From assembly GCA_963921275.4 (NCBI GenBank), contig OZ001293.3, positions 5,600,001 through 5,664,000 on the forward strand: a DNA stretch of 64,000 bases, read 5' to 3'. Positions 21,006 through 32,351 of the stretch are shown here, piece by piece. Source of the DNA: an uncultured Hormoscilla sp. (GTDB taxonomy: Bacteria; Cyanobacteriota; Cyanobacteriia; Cyanobacteriales; Desertifilaceae). The notes under the pieces were generated by a model. The model saw only the letters and a list, made by a program, of their open reading frames with translations. It made no database searches and was not told the origin of the DNA. How positions within the stretch are numbered: the first letter of the stretch is position 1; each line of letters opens with the position of its first letter. Made by a program: the position numbers and the translations under genes.

Positions 21006-24000
21006 ATGTTTACTCAAGTCAAGTCCCGCATTCGTCACGTCGCCCCCGATCGCCTCGGGGAGCGCAAGTTGGTTAAGGTGGTATATGTGGTGCTAGAGTC
21101 CCAGTACCAAAGTGCTCTGTCGGCAGCAGTTAACGACCTTAACGAGTATAACCCCAATCTGGCGGTGAATCTGAGCGGTTATCTGATCGAGGAACTCCGC
21201 GACCCGGAAAATTACGCAGCTTTTCAAGCAGATGTCGCGAATGCCAATATATTCATTGCTTCCCTGATTTTCATCGAAGATTTAGCTCAAAAGGTGGTGG
21301 CGGCGGTAGAACCCCATCGGGATAACCTGGATGTGGCGATCGTCTTCCCCTCTATGCCGGAGGTGATGCGCCTGAATAAAATGGGCAGTTTCTCCATGGA
21401 AAACCTGGGGCAAAGTAAAGGTGCGATCGCCCAGTTCATGCGCAAGCAGAAGGAAAAGTCGGGTTCGTCGTTCCAGGACTCGATGCTGAAGGTGGTGCAA
21501 ACCCTACCGAAAATCCTCAAGTACATGCCTATGGACAGGGCCCAGGATGCCCGCAACTTCATGCTTTCCTTCCAATACTGGTTGGGGGGTTCGGCGGAGA
21601 ACCTGGAAAACTTCCTGCTGATGCTGGCGAATAACTACGTTCTCAAAGAACAACAGCAGTTGACCTTCGCCCCGCCAGTGGTCTATCCGGATATGGGAGT
21701 TTGGCATCCCCTGGCCCCCCAGATGTTTGAGGATGTGAAGGACTATCTCACTTGGCACGGCAACCGGGATGATATCTCCGATTTTTCCGGAACAGTGGAT
21801 CTGAAAGACCCTCTGGCCCCCTGCGTGGGTTTGGTACTGCAACGGACTCACTTGGTCACGGGGGATGATGCCCATTATGTGGCTATGGTACAGGAATTGG
21901 AAGCCATGGGAGCCCGGGTAATTCCGGTATTTGCCGGGGGTTTGGATTTTTCTAAGCCCGTGAATGCCTATTTCTGGGATAAGTTGGGTAAGAGTGCAGT
22001 CCCCTTGGTGGATGCGGTGGTCTCTCTGACTGGGTTCGCTTTGGTGGGAGGCCCGGCCCGACAAGACCATCCCAAGGCCATCGAGTCTCTCAAGCGCCTG
22101 AACCGCCCTTACATGGTCGCTTTGCCCCTGGTGTTCCAAACTACGGAAGAATGGGAAGATAGCGATTTGGGACTGCATCCCATTCAAGTGGCCCTGCAAA
22201 TTGCTATTCCCGAACTGGATGGGGCGATCGAACCGATTATCATGTCGGGACGGGATAGCTATACTGGGAAGGCGATCGCCCTTCAGGACCGGATCGAAGC
22301 AGTGGCGAAAAGGGCGGTGAAGTGGGCGACCCTGCGCCGGAAACCGAAGTTAGAGAAACGCATTGCCATCACGGTGTTCAGCTTCCCGCCGGATAAGGGG
22401 AACGTGGGCACTGCTGCGTACCTGGACGTATTTGGCAGCATCTATGAAGCGATGAAGGCACTCCAGGGTAATGGTTACGATATCCCAGAATTGCCGGAGT
22501 CCCCTGAGGCCCTGATGCAGGAAGTCATTCACGACGCCCAGGCCCAGTATGCGACTCCAGAACTGAATATTGCTTACCGGATGTCGGTGGAAGAGTACGA
22601 GAAACTGACGCCCTACTCGGAACGGTTGCAGGAAAACTGGGGTCCGCCTCCGGGACATCTGAACAGCGATGGCCAGAACTTGCTGATCTACGGCAAGCAT
22701 TTCGGCAATGTGTTTATTGGCGTCCAACCGACTTTTGGTTATGAAGGGGACCCGATGCGTTTGCTGTTCTCCCGTTCTGCCAGTCCCCATCACGGGTTTG
22801 CTGCTTATTACAGCTATTTGGAATATCTCTGGCAAGCGGATGCGGTCTTGCATTTCGGCACTCACGGTTCTCTGGAGTTCATGCCCGGCAAGCAGATGGG
22901 CATGTCGGGGGATTGTTACCCGGATAATCTGATTGGTAGCATTCCCAATCTCTATTACTATGCGGCTAATAATCCTTCTGAGGCAACTATTGCCAAGCGC
23001 CGCAGTTATGCCGAAACCATTTCCTATTTAACCCCCCCGGCGGAAAATGCGGGGTTGTACAAGGGGTTGCAGGAATTGTCGGAGTTGATCGGATCCTATC
23101 AAACTCTCAAGGATACTGGACGGGCGCAGCCCCTCGTCAATACGATAATGGATAAATGTAGGTTGGTGAATCTGGAGAATGATATCGCTTTGCCCTCAAA
23201 GGATGCCAAGGACATGAGTCCCGAAGAACGGGATACCTTGGTGGGTAAGGTCTATGGCAAGTTGATGGAGATTGAGTCCCGTCTGTTACCTTGCGGGTTG
23301 CACGTGATTGGCAAACCCCCGACTGCCCAAGAGGCGATCGCGACCTTGGTGAACATTGCTAGTTTAGACCGAGAGGAAGAAGGAATCAAGAGTTTGCCTC
23401 GGATTATTGCGGAGTCGATCGGGCGGGACCTGGATGAAATCTATCAAAACAATGACAAGGGCATTTTAGAGGATGTGGAGTTGCTGCAAAACATTACGGA
23501 AGCAACTCGCGCCGCTGTGGCGGCCTTGGTGAAGGAACGGACGGACGCGGAGAGACGGATCTCGAAGGTTTCCCAACTCAACTTCTTGAATATGGGCAAG
23601 AAGACTCCCTGGATCGCAGCATTAAATGATGCAGGTTACTCTAAGGTTGACCCCGAACCAATCAAACCTCTGTTTAACTATCTGGAATTCTGCCTGCAAC
23701 AGGTTTGTGCCGATTTAGAACTGGGGTCTTTGTTGCGGGCCTTGGAAGGGGAATATATCTTGCCCGGTCCCGGGGGCGACCCCATTCGCAACCCGGATGT
23801 TTTGCCTACGGGTAAGAATATCCACGCCCTGGACCCCCAATCTATCCCCACTTTAGCAGCAGTTAAGTCCGCTAAGATTGTGGTCGATCGCCTGTTAGGG
23901 CGGCAGCGGCAGGATGGCGGGGCCTATCCAGAGACGATCGCGGTAGTCTTGTGGGGGACGGACAACATCAAGACCTACGGAGAGTCCCTCGCCCAAGTGA

Positions 24001-25019
24001 TGTGGATGGTAGGGGTGAAACCGGTACCGGATGCTTTAGGGCGGGTGAACAAACTGGAACTGATCCCCTTAGAAGAGTTAGGGCGTCCGCGCATTGATGT
24101 AGTGATCAACTGTTCTGGGGTCTTCCGGGACCTATTCATCAATCAGATGAACCTGCTAGACAAAGCAGTGAAGATGGCAGCGGAGGCGGATGAACCCATA
24201 GAGATGAATTTTGTCCGCAAACATGCCTTGCAGCAAGCAGAAGAAATGGGCATTCACCTGCGCCAGGCCGCGACGCGAGTGTTCTCCAATGCATCGGGTT
24301 CCTATGCGGCGAACGTGAACTTAGCGGTAGAGAACAGTACCTGGGAAGAGGAGTCGGAGTTGCAGGAAATGTATCTGAAACGCAAATCCTTTGCCTTCGA
24401 CTCGGATAATCCCGGTATGATAGCAGAAGATCGGCCCGAAGACGGTCCGAAAAATCGGCGGATCTTCGAGTCAGCGCTGAAGACAGCGGATGTTACCTTC
24501 CAAAATTTGGATTCTTCGGAGATCTCCCTGACGGATGTATCCCATTACTTCGATAGCGACCCGACAAAGACGATCGCGAGTTTGCGGGGGGATGGCAAGC
24601 AACCGGCATCATACATAGCGGATACTACCACAGCGAACGCGCAAGTGCGGACATTATCAGAAACGGTGCGTTTAGATGCGCGGACGAAGTTGTTAAATCC
24701 GAAATGGTACGAAGGGATGATGTCACACGGATATGAAGGAGTGCGGGAACTGTCGAAGCGTTTGGTGAATACAATGGGATGGAGTGCGACAGCAGGTGCA
24801 GTAGATAACTGGGTGTACGAGGACGTGAATAGTACCTTCATTGAAGATGAAGGGATGCGTCAGCGTTTGATGAATATGAATCCCCATTCCTTCCGCAAGA
24901 TGGTCACGACCTTGTTGGAGGTGAACGGACGGGGTTATTGGGAGACATCGGAGAGTAATTTGGACCGGTTGCGGGAGTTGTATCAGGAGGTGGAAGATCG
25001 GATTGAAGGTGTAGAGTAG
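21006..25019 (+). CDS. chlH: Magnesium chelatase subunit H
   Basis: MFTQVKS...[28 protein letters not shown], terminal [10 protein letters not shown]. Confidence 0.98.
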   Translation: MFTQVKSRIRHVAPDRLGERKLVKVVYVVLESQYQSALSAAVNDLNEYNPNLAVNLSGYLIEELRDPENYAAFQADVANANIFIASLIFIEDLAQKVVAAVEPHRDNLDVAIVFPSMPEVMRLNKMGSFSMENLGQSKGAIAQFMRKQKEKSGSSFQDSMLKVVQTLPKILKYMPMDRAQDARNFMLSFQYWLGGSAENLENFLLMLANNYVLKEQQQLTFAPPVVYPDMGVWHPLAPQMFEDVKDYLTWHGNRDDISDFSGTVDLKDPLAPCVGLVLQRTHLVTGDDAHYVAMVQELEAMGARVIPVFAGGLDFSKPVNAYFWDKLGKSAVPLVDAVVSLTGFALVGGPARQDHPKAIESLKRLNRPYMVALPLVFQTTEEWEDSDLGLHPIQVALQIAIPELDGAIEPIIMSGRDSYTGKAIALQDRIEAVAKRAVKWATLRRKPKLEKRIAITVFSFPPDKGNVGTAAYLDVFGSIYEAMKALQGNGYDIPELPESPEALMQEVIHDAQAQYATPELNIAYRMSVEEYEKLTPYSERLQENWGPPPGHLNSDGQNLLIYGKHFGNVFIGVQPTFGYEGDPMRLLFSRSASPHHGFAAYYSYLEYLWQADAVLHFGTHGSLEFMPGKQMGMSGDCYPDNLIGSIPNLYYYAANNPSEATIAKRRSYAETISYLTPPAENAGLYKGLQELSELIGSYQTLKDTGRAQPLVNTIMDKCRLVNLENDIALPSKDAKDMSPEERDTLVGKVYGKLMEIESRLLPCGLHVIGKPPTAQEAIATLVNIASLDREEEGIKSLPRIIAESIGRDLDEIYQNNDKGILEDVELLQNITEATRAAVAALVKERTDAERRISKVSQLNFLNMGKKTPWIAALNDAGYSKVDPEPIKPLFNYLEFCLQQVCADLELGSLLRALEGEYILPGPGGDPIRNPDVLPTGKNIHALDPQSIPTLAAVKSAKIVVDRLLGRQRQDGGAYPETIAVVLWGTDNIKTYGESLAQVMWMVGVKPVPDALGRVNKLELIPLEELGRPRIDVVINCSGVFRDLFINQMNLLDKAVKMAAEADEPIEMNFVRKHALQQAEEMGIHLRQAATRVFSNASGSYAANVNLAVENSTWEEESELQEMYLKRKSFAFDSDNPGMIAEDRPEDGPKNRRIFESALKTADVTFQNLDSSEISLTDVSHYFDSDPTKTIASLRGDGKQPASYIADTTTANAQVRTLSETVRLDARTKLLNPKWYEGMMSHGYEGVRELSKRLVNTMGWSATAGAVDNWVYEDVNSTFIEDEGMRQRLMNMNPHSFRKMVTTLLEVNGRGYWETSESNLDRLRELYQEVEDRIEGVE

Positions 25020-25196
25020 TATACCGTATGGCAGGCATCTTGCCTGCTAGTTTCTTGTCCTAACTATAATATACAATATCAAGGCGATCGCCTGGCATCT
25101 GAATGCAAGAATCAAGAAACCAGATTTTTACAGAAAACCTGGTTTCTTGATCCTAATTGCTAGTGCAGCGCGACGGAAATATGCCAACAGTTACCC

Positions 25197-25577
25197 CTAT
25201 GGCGCTTCATCTAGGGATGCTGGGCGATCTTGGTTGAGTTGGTCGAGCAGGTGCAGGATGCGATCGCCCCGTTCCAGGGAGCGGTCTTCCAGGAAAACCA
25301 CTTCTGGGGTACGACGCAGACGAATGCGATCGCCCAGTTGAGAGCGAACAAAGGGGGTAGCGGACTGCAAACCTGCCATCGTTTCCTTTTTAGCCTCCTC
25401 CGTCCCGTAGATACTGACAAATATTTTGGCATGTTGGAGGTCGCCAGAGACATCCACATCTGTGATACTAACCATCCCGGCGCCCACACGATCGTCTTTG
25501 ATACCGTGGAGCAACATCTGGCTGACTTCGCACTTGATCAGGGAGGACACGCGAGCCATACGACGACTTGTAGCCAT
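25197..25577 (-). CDS. rbfA: Ribosome-binding factor A
   Basis: [33 protein letters not shown]. Confidence 0.95.
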   Translation of the reverse strand: MATSRRMARVSSLIKCEVSQMLLHGIKDDRVGAGMVSITDVDVSGDLQHAKIFVSIYGTEEAKKETMAGLQSATPFVRSQLGDRIRLRRTPEVVFLEDRSLERGDRILHLLDQLNQDRPASLDEAP

Positions 25578-25628
25578 AGGACTTCTCTACCATGCTAAGG
25601 TAGGGGCTAATCTTGTACGATTCTCAGT

Positions 25629-25832
25629 TTACACTGGGGTTAGCCCCAGCATGGCACGGAGGGTTAAAATCACAAAGATCAAGCTACTCACCACCAGACC
25701 GATCAGGGCGATCGCCGTTACTGGCCTCTTCAGCAGGGGTTTGAGCTGCTGAAACAAGAAAAAGAATATCCCCAGAGTAAAGGTGATAAAGTAGCGGAAG
25801 TAGCTAGATACCTTATTCAAGAAGTCTTCCAT
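25629..25832 (-). CDS. DUF751 family protein
   Basis: MEDF...Y.RYFIT...TLRAMLG; small membrane protein upstream of rbfA. Confidence 0.85.
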   Translation of the reverse strand: MEDFLNKVSSYFRYFITFTLGIFFFLFQQLKPLLKRPVTAIALIGLVVSSLIFVILTLRAMLGLTPV

Positions 25833-25939
25833 TGTCAGTCCCCAGTCAATTCAACTGTATCGCTTGTTTAGTTTAATCATAAACCACCATCCAGTATAGT
25901 CCAATTCCGAGTCGTAGTACATATTCCATGTCGAGGTAA

Positions 25940-26773
25940 ATGTCAAGTCCAGATTTAGAAAAAGTCCCACCCCGTCCATTCCTGAAATGGGCCGGTGGCA
26001 AAAGTAGGCTGATTCGGCAATATGAAGATTATTTCCCCGAATTCAAAAATTATTACGAGCCATTTTTAGGTGGAGGTGCAGTGTTTTTTTATCTCCAACC
26101 CCAGTCTGCTGTTTTGACAGATATAAATCCGGAGTTGATTAATGCCTATTGCTGTGTTAGGGATCGAGTAGAGGAATTGATTTCACGACTGCAAGAACAT
26201 CAGACTAACCATAGTAATGATTACTATTATGAAATGCGATCGCTAACCCCCAAGACAGAACTTGAAAGGGCTGCACGTTTTATTTATCTGAATAGAACCT
26301 GTTTTAATGGTCTTTACCGAGAAAACTCTCAAGGGAAATTTAATGTCCCGATCGGCAGATACAAAAATCCGCAAATCTGTAATCCGGAATTACTCCGTTC
26401 CGCATCAGCTACCCTGGAAAATGTTAAGATTTCGGAAAAATCCTTTGAACATGTCTTAGAATCTGCTAATAGCAGCGAGGATTTCGTCTATTTTGACCCG
26501 CCATATTATCCAGTTAGTTCTACCAGTAATTTCACAGCCTACAGTCGCGATTTCTTTAGTAAGAATGACCAAACTGAACTCAGAGAAATTTTTGTAGAAC
26601 TAGCTGGACGCGGTGTAAAAGTGATGCTGTCTAATTCTGATTGTGATTTTATTCGAGACTTATACAGTCAGTTCAAAATTCACAAAATATCAGCAGCACG
26701 CTTTATTAACTCTAATGGTAAAAAGCGGGGAAATGTTTCAGAGATATTAGTCGCCTCTAGAGATTGTTGTTAG
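25940..26773 (+). CDS. Dam-family (D12 class) DNA adenine methyltransferase
   Basis: PFLKWAGGK, YEPFLGGGAV, FNGLYREN..G.FNVP, YFDPPY. Confidence 0.93.
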   Translation: MSSPDLEKVPPRPFLKWAGGKSRLIRQYEDYFPEFKNYYEPFLGGGAVFFYLQPQSAVLTDINPELINAYCCVRDRVEELISRLQEHQTNHSNDYYYEMRSLTPKTELERAARFIYLNRTCFNGLYRENSQGKFNVPIGRYKNPQICNPELLRSASATLENVKISEKSFEHVLESANSSEDFVYFDPPYYPVSSTSNFTAYSRDFFSKNDQTELREIFVELAGRGVKVMLSNSDCDFIRDLYSQFKIHKISAARFINSNGKKRGNVSEILVASRDCC

Positions 26774-27239
26774 CCAAGGCAACAAAATCTATTAAATTGT
26801 GTACTGCCTTGAGCTTTTGATTAACGCCTACTTATGCTTTTAACCAATCAATAGCTCCTGCTTTCATACCCTCACCATCAAGCAACACAACTGTTGGTGC
26901 CGGATAGCGATTCTGGATATTCAAGTTGAGGTAGGGCAATTTTTCATCAACTGAACCACTGGTTTGCTGCGACTGACATTGAATTATTAGACCACGATGA
27001 AATAAGGGAGAACCAATAACGTAAAAGTCTACATAGATATCAGTCCCGTAAATTACATCTCCAACGTGAACCTTTGTTGCATAGCGCTTTGGCAAGTTAG
27101 TGGAACTGAGAAGGGATTCTAATTTCTGCTTTCTTGGCAAATCATGTCCGACTTGAACATAACCATGTCCTTGTAATATTTTTTCTACAGTCTCCTCGAA
27201 CCTCTTGCCAGAAGTAACTGCTTTACCGCCCTGAGTCAT
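26757..27239 (-). pseudogene. PD-(D/E)XK restriction-endonuclease-like gene with premature stop
   Basis: Convergent with the methyltransferase; VDF...IIQCQSQ..SGSVDEKLPY. In-frame TAA at 26832-26834, after which the frame continues (VGVNQKLKAVHNL...) to TAG at 26757. Confidence 0.7.
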
Positions 27240-27284
27240 TTTTTCCTCAAATTTAATAAAAACTACGTCACTGCTCATTCTATC

Positions 27285-27450
27285 ATACTTTAGTGAAATA
27301 CGCGGTTATCGGTGCCGAGGCCCGGTAATCCGAGGCCATCGCTACAAAAGAGACCTCCGGTGCAGTCCCCAAACCAGAGAACTGGCACGGGAGCATCTCA
27401 AGAATGTCATCAAGCCCGCGCAGGCGGGATTTGTTGGGTCTCCTCTACTT
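27285..27450 (-). ncRNA. ssrS: Structured RNA, probably cyanobacterial 6S RNA
   Basis: Minus strand CTTGAGATGCTCCCGTGCCAG...CTGCACCGG...GGCAC resembles cyanobacterial 6S as I recall it. The stems CAGUUCUC/GGGGACUG and GAGGUC/GGCCUC pair fully only on the minus strand (G-U wobbles). Ends are approximate. Confidence 0.55.
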
Positions 27451-28211
27451 ATAGTGATAAGTCAAACGTATATGTACGCATAATCAAGGGTTTCAGCCTT
27501 TTTTATCCGCCCAATTTGTATCCGGCGATACATTTACCACCATAAACGCAGGAGAGCCGGTTTGTTTGTCTAGCCCCATTCTTTAGGGTTCCGGTGTGGT
27601 AGCTAAGCAAAAGTGATATGCACCCACTGGCACCGGTGGAGTGGTGAAAGAAAAGTCAGAGGACAGCAGCAGCAAAAATGTTGTCTAATTAAGAAACCAG
27701 GTTTCTGGGTTCGGAATGAATAGAGTTGGCGGCAAAATTGAGATGCACTCAGCAACTTTCCACCTACAGCTCAATAGTTTACTGTTATCGCTTGTAAATT
27801 GTACCTGATGTCCAGTCTTTTTTTATTCCCTTGGCTTTAAATACCACGTCTACTCTAAATAAATTTGTATTACTTGTAGCTAAAATTGGATTACTTAAAA
27901 CAAGGGCAATTTATTCACTGGTCTCTTCATTTGGTTCAATTCGTTTTCGCTCATTGAATATTAGTTGACTGAAGGCTCTGTTTGTGGGGTATTTTGTATC
28001 TACTTTAATAGGTTCTGTGCCAATAGTGTATATCCGATCGCGTGAAGAAATTGCTGAGGCAATTTCTCCAGCATTGATAGAGCAGTATTCCATATCTACT
28101 TTGGTCCGCCCAATGTTTTTGACTCGGACCTCAATAATTGCTATAGAGAAGCTGTTAAGAGTAGTCATCTCTTTAAGAGTTTGGGTGATGATCAGCCAGT
28201 TTACCAGATAT

Positions 28212-29069
28212 ATGTCACAAAAACCAGAAACAAATGAGATTGACGATCGGCGGGATGCCAAAGAAGCTCAACCAGTCCTGAAAATACAGGCGATCGCTCT
28301 TCTACGCTTTTTGATTAGGCTACTAGAAGGAACTGTGGAAACACTGGAGGCCAAACTGCCACCAGACGATCTACCAAGAAGAACGCCTACGAGCAGTGGT
28401 TGGTGGAATGTAGTGTTAAGGAACATTCGCGCTGTTCTGCCAAAATTACTCAACCAGGTCTTATCTGATTTTGCTTTGAGCCTAGGGATTTCAGTAGCTA
28501 TTTTAATCCTACCCTTGTGGATAACTATTTTGATATCTCCAACTGAGGTAGTAGAGTCTCCGACTGTCGAAGCAGAAAAGCCCGCAACTGAGGTGGTAGA
28601 ATCTCCGACTGTCGAAGCAGAAGAACCCGCAACTGAGGTCGTAGAATCTCCGACTATCGAAGCAGAAGAACCCGCAACTGAGGTCGTAGAATCTCCTGAA
28701 ATTCCTAGTGGTCCAGTGCCAGTGGAGATAGTACCAGCACCAGTATTAATGCCAGAAGAAAACCTGGTTGCGATAATTCAAAATCAAGTCGCAGACCAGA
28801 TCCCAGAAGCAGAATATGCAGAGGGGTTAATTCAGTCTTTGAAAGCCGACTTTAACAATAATATTTTGGTGGTTAAAGTCAGCTATAATTGGTATTATAT
28901 CAGTCCAGAAAACCAGAACGAGTTTGCCCAGTCAATGCGGCAACTATCTCAAGAACTTGACTTCTATAAACTGGAAATCACTGATACTGAAGACACCCTA
29001 TTAGCCCGTTCTCCAGTGGTGGGACCAAAGATGGTGATTTTCCAGCGACGGTTAGTCCTCAGTCACTAA
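28212..29069 (+). CDS. Hypothetical membrane protein with an acidic Pro/Glu repeat linker
   Basis: One hydrophobic segment; 45-bp repeat (PATEVVESPTVEAEE) about 3.4 times at 28541-28696; C-terminal LLARSPVVG motif. Confidence 0.7.
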   Translation: MSQKPETNEIDDRRDAKEAQPVLKIQAIALLRFLIRLLEGTVETLEAKLPPDDLPRRTPTSSGWWNVVLRNIRAVLPKLLNQVLSDFALSLGISVAILILPLWITILISPTEVVESPTVEAEKPATEVVESPTVEAEEPATEVVESPTIEAEEPATEVVESPEIPSGPVPVEIVPAPVLMPEENLVAIIQNQVADQIPEAEYAEGLIQSLKADFNNNILVVKVSYNWYYISPENQNEFAQSMRQLSQELDFYKLEITDTEDTLLARSPVVGPKMVIFQRRLVLSH

Positions 29070-29635
29070 CAACTGTTGATAAGCTTTAACTTTCTGGTCA
29101 ATGCCAGTGATATCGGTGCCAAGAACTACAGCAGCAGCTCCCAAATCTAGGGCTGTTTTCGCCATCGCTGGTGAGGCAATGCCCCCTTCACAGATAATTG
29201 GGATATCTAAATGGCTGACGAGTTGGCTGAGAAGTTCAAACCCTGGAGGAGAAAGATGTTGGGTTTGCTTGGTATAGCCGTAGAGAGTTGTGGCGATCGC
29301 ATCAGCACCAGCTCGCGCAGCATTGGTTCCTGCTGCTAAACTATCTACATCTGCCAGGACTGGCTTACTTAATCGATCGTGAATGTGCTTTACGAGCAAG
29401 TCTAGGGTTTCGCCGTTTGGTCGTTCTCTTTGAGTGGCATCAATAGCGATGATATCAGCACCAGCTTGAGCAATAGCAGCAGCGTGATGAAACTGGGGAA
29501 TGCGGCAATTACTACTGGATCGTGCAGGGGCGAGGAAGCGGGGGTGTCTGGAGCGTACCGCGTCCTTCAGGACAAGAGTACGCGGAAGACGCCGTAGGCC
29601 TGACAGGAAACTATGAGTCCTTTGATGTTCAGCAT
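29052..29635 (-). pseudogene. nanE: N-acetylmannosamine-6-phosphate 2-epimerase, disrupted
   Basis: GLIVSCQA, then a hairpin insertion containing a stop, SPLHDP, an internal deletion/frameshift, then IIAIDAT, TTLYGYT, ICEGGI. Confidence 0.85.
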
Positions 29636-29675
29636 GTTTTTCTAGCGCTAACGGGCACTTCCTATAAATTAATAA

Positions 29676-32000
29676 TCAACAATCAACCAGCAAACTGTTA
29701 AGTTTTTCTAATAACTGCTCTGGTTGGACGGGTTTAGTTAAATAATTATCAGTCGAGGAGTCGGGATAATTAGATGGGTCTATAGAGTCGTCCCAGAGAA
29801 TCAGAATTTTGATCTGCTCAGTTGTCGGTTCCGATCGCAGTTGGCGGATGACTTCCCTGCCATCTATCCCTGGTAGCTGCCCGGCGACGATCGCGACTAG
29901 GGGTTGTAAAATCTCGATTTGCTTGACTGCTGTAGTGCCTTCAACTAGCCAGACGACCTGATAGCCAGCGGCGGTGAGCAGGTCGCAGATCGTCCAAGCG
30001 GTTTCCTCATTGTTCTCAATTAATACCACACGTCCGCCAGGAGTGGCTGCATAAGTCGGTCCTGCTGGTGCTGGGGCCGGGGCTAATGGCTGGGCGGGCA
30101 ACCGCACGGTGAAAACTGAACCGATATCTACAGTTGATTCTACCGAGATCGCGCCGCCGTGGAGTTCTACCAACTGTTTGGTTAAGGCTAAACCCAGACC
30201 CGCCCCTTGGTAGTTGCGATCGTATGAGGTATCCAATTGCTGAAATTTCTCAAACAGGAGCGCGATCTGCTCTTCAGGAATGCCGATACCAGTGTCTTCT
30301 ACCTGAAACACAGCCGTATCGCCTACCGTTCCGGAAAAATCGGACGAAACTCGTAGAGTCACCCGTCCCCCAGAGGGAGTAAATTTGATCGCATTGCTCA
30401 ACAGATTCCAGAGAATCCGTTGGATGCGGCGTTGGTCCCCTAGGAAGCGATCGCTCTCGGGCTGAATCTGTATATCTAGAACCAGTTTCACTCCCTGTTC
30501 TGCTGCTATTTGCTGCATGCTTTCCCGACAATTATAAGCCAGTTTACTCAGGGAAAACTCTTTCACATTCAATACTGCTTTCCCCGCTTCCACCTGAGAC
30601 AATTCCAGAATGTCGTTAATCAAGTCTAGCAAATGCTTGCCGCTATCGTGGATGGTTTGCAAATAAGAACGCTGTTTTTCTATAGTCAGGACTCCCTTGG
30701 CTTTTTCCAGATCTAAAGACAACAAACGTAACAGAGTAGCAGACATACCAATAACGCAAGTAAGGGGCGTGCGTAACTCGTGACTCATGGCAGCGAGAAA
30801 CTCACTTTTAGTGCGGTTGGCAGATTCGGCACCCAGTAAGGCGTCGCGGAGTTCCGCGGTCCGATCTCTCACCCGCTGCTCCAAGTTTTGTTTTTGCAAC
30901 TGTAGCTGAGCATACAACTGGGCTTGGCAAATGGCGATCGCCAGATGTTCGGCAATTTTACCGAGAAAAGTTTTTTCACTTTCAGACCATTGGCGCGGTT
31001 GGAAACATTGCTGGGCGATCAGCAATCCCCAGAGTTGGTCTTGAACCACAATTGGCACTACTAATTTGGCTCGGACTTGCATCCGGCGCAATAATTCTAA
31101 AAAGCAGGGGGATGATGCATAGGCTATTTCAATATCTTCCACCCCATGAATAAAGCCATTACGATATTTATCCTCAATATTGGCTGTATCAACAAAGCAG
31201 TCTTTTGCTTCCCGCAAATGCAGTGCTGAAACTAGAGAAGCTGTTGCCTTAGCTTCGTATGTTACACAACCTTTATAAGCTGTAAAGGAGGAATTTATAA
31301 TAATTTTTGAATTAGGGTCAAACTGATAAATCAACAATCTGTCTACTTGCAAGAAATGTCGTACCTGCTCCACAGCGGTTGACAAAATAACCGGCAATTC
31401 CAGACTCTGACGAATCTGGGTAGCTACCTGATTTATCAGCCGTTCCTGTTCAAGCTGTTGCCGCAAAGCTGCGGCCATTGGTTCGCAAACATAGGGATAA
31501 TTTTCTTCTCCTCCCGACTCATTATCGTCAGTGGCAATAATTTTCATTAGCGCCAGGGTAAACTCGCTCTGGCGCTTCGGATCATTAGGTTTGAGAATGG
31601 CACCCGCTTGCGCTAAGATACTTTTAACTTCCGGCTTGCTTGTCAGGCGATCGGCCAGTTGGTTGAGAAAAGAGGCGATCGCCTCTGGGTCGAAGCTGAG
31701 ATTCACAAACACTTGCTCATCGACTAGGTTGCGGTTTTCATCTGGGGATAATTCCCCCAATAGCAATACATTAAATTCCTCGGAAAGTAACACCGAGAAC
31801 CGTTCATTATGAGCATTTTTGAGATTTTCAACGGGATCAAGGATATCTTCTGTAAGCAGAAGATATCCTGGGTCACAGTTGGGGGCGGCTTGCTGCCGTA
31901 ATAGAGCGCTCAGCCGAGCAAAAGTTCTCATATTCAAGATGAGAAGTCCTGTTGTCAGATATACGCTGCGCGCACGCTGCGCGGACGGCATTTTTTTCAT
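29676..32000 (-). CDS. cikA: Circadian input kinase A-like GAF hybrid histidine kinase with pseudo-receiver
   Basis: GAF domain, MSHELRTPLTCVIGMSATLLR, NAIKFT, GAGLGL, C-terminal receiver-like domain lacking the canonical Asp. Start uncertain. Confidence 0.85.
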   Translation of the reverse strand: MKKMPSAQRARSVYLTTGLLILNMRTFARLSALLRQQAAPNCDPGYLLLTEDILDPVENLKNAHNERFSVLLSEEFNVLLLGELSPDENRNLVDEQVFVNLSFDPEAIASFLNQLADRLTSKPEVKSILAQAGAILKPNDPKRQSEFTLALMKIIATDDNESGGEENYPYVCEPMAAALRQQLEQERLINQVATQIRQSLELPVILSTAVEQVRHFLQVDRLLIYQFDPNSKIIINSSFTAYKGCVTYEAKATASLVSALHLREAKDCFVDTANIEDKYRNGFIHGVEDIEIAYASSPCFLELLRRMQVRAKLVVPIVVQDQLWGLLIAQQCFQPRQWSESEKTFLGKIAEHLAIAICQAQLYAQLQLQKQNLEQRVRDRTAELRDALLGAESANRTKSEFLAAMSHELRTPLTCVIGMSATLLRLLSLDLEKAKGVLTIEKQRSYLQTIHDSGKHLLDLINDILELSQVEAGKAVLNVKEFSLSKLAYNCRESMQQIAAEQGVKLVLDIQIQPESDRFLGDQRRIQRILWNLLSNAIKFTPSGGRVTLRVSSDFSGTVGDTAVFQVEDTGIGIPEEQIALLFEKFQQLDTSYDRNYQGAGLGLALTKQLVELHGGAISVESTVDIGSVFTVRLPAQPLAPAPAPAGPTYAATPGGRVVLIENNEETAWTICDLLTAAGYQVVWLVEGTTAVKQIEILQPLVAIVAGQLPGIDGREVIRQLRSEPTTEQIKILILWDDSIDPSNYPDSSTDNYLTKPVQPEQLLEKLNSLLVDC

Positions 32001-32075
32001 CTTGCTAATTGCTAATTGTTCGTAATTATTTATTGCCATGAGCCTCGTTCCCTGGCGACCCCTGGGAACGGAGCT

Positions 32076-32189
32076 GCGATGTACACGGCTGCGCCCCACA
32101 TCGCGCAGCGCTATCGGGGCGCGCTAGTCGCACTACCTCACGCTGCGCGTCCGCGTAGCGTGCGCGCAGCGCATAAAATCGCACATCGC
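32076..32189. repeat. Composite palindromic insertion splitting a HIP1 site
   Basis: GCGAT[GTAC...GCAC]ATCGC containing GCGCTAGTCGCACTACC and the 24-bp GCGCAGCGC-type unit. Confidence 0.75.
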
Positions 32190-32351
32190 CATGAGACAAT
32201 ACTTTATAGACAGCTGGGGCTACTGAATTAATCGGCATCGTAATTGTACTTTTACCCCAGCCTCAGCTAATATAGGAAAACTTTTAGATTTTCTCTGGAA
32301 ATCGCTCTACATTGATAGAAATGGTAATTAAATCGTAATTTATTGTACAAT

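Noticed and set aside
27583..27600. Guanidine-I (ykkC) riboswitch suggested by TAGGGTTCCG
   Set aside because: The downstream GGTCCGAG and AAAAGCC.GGGAG elements are absent and there is no suitable downstream gene.
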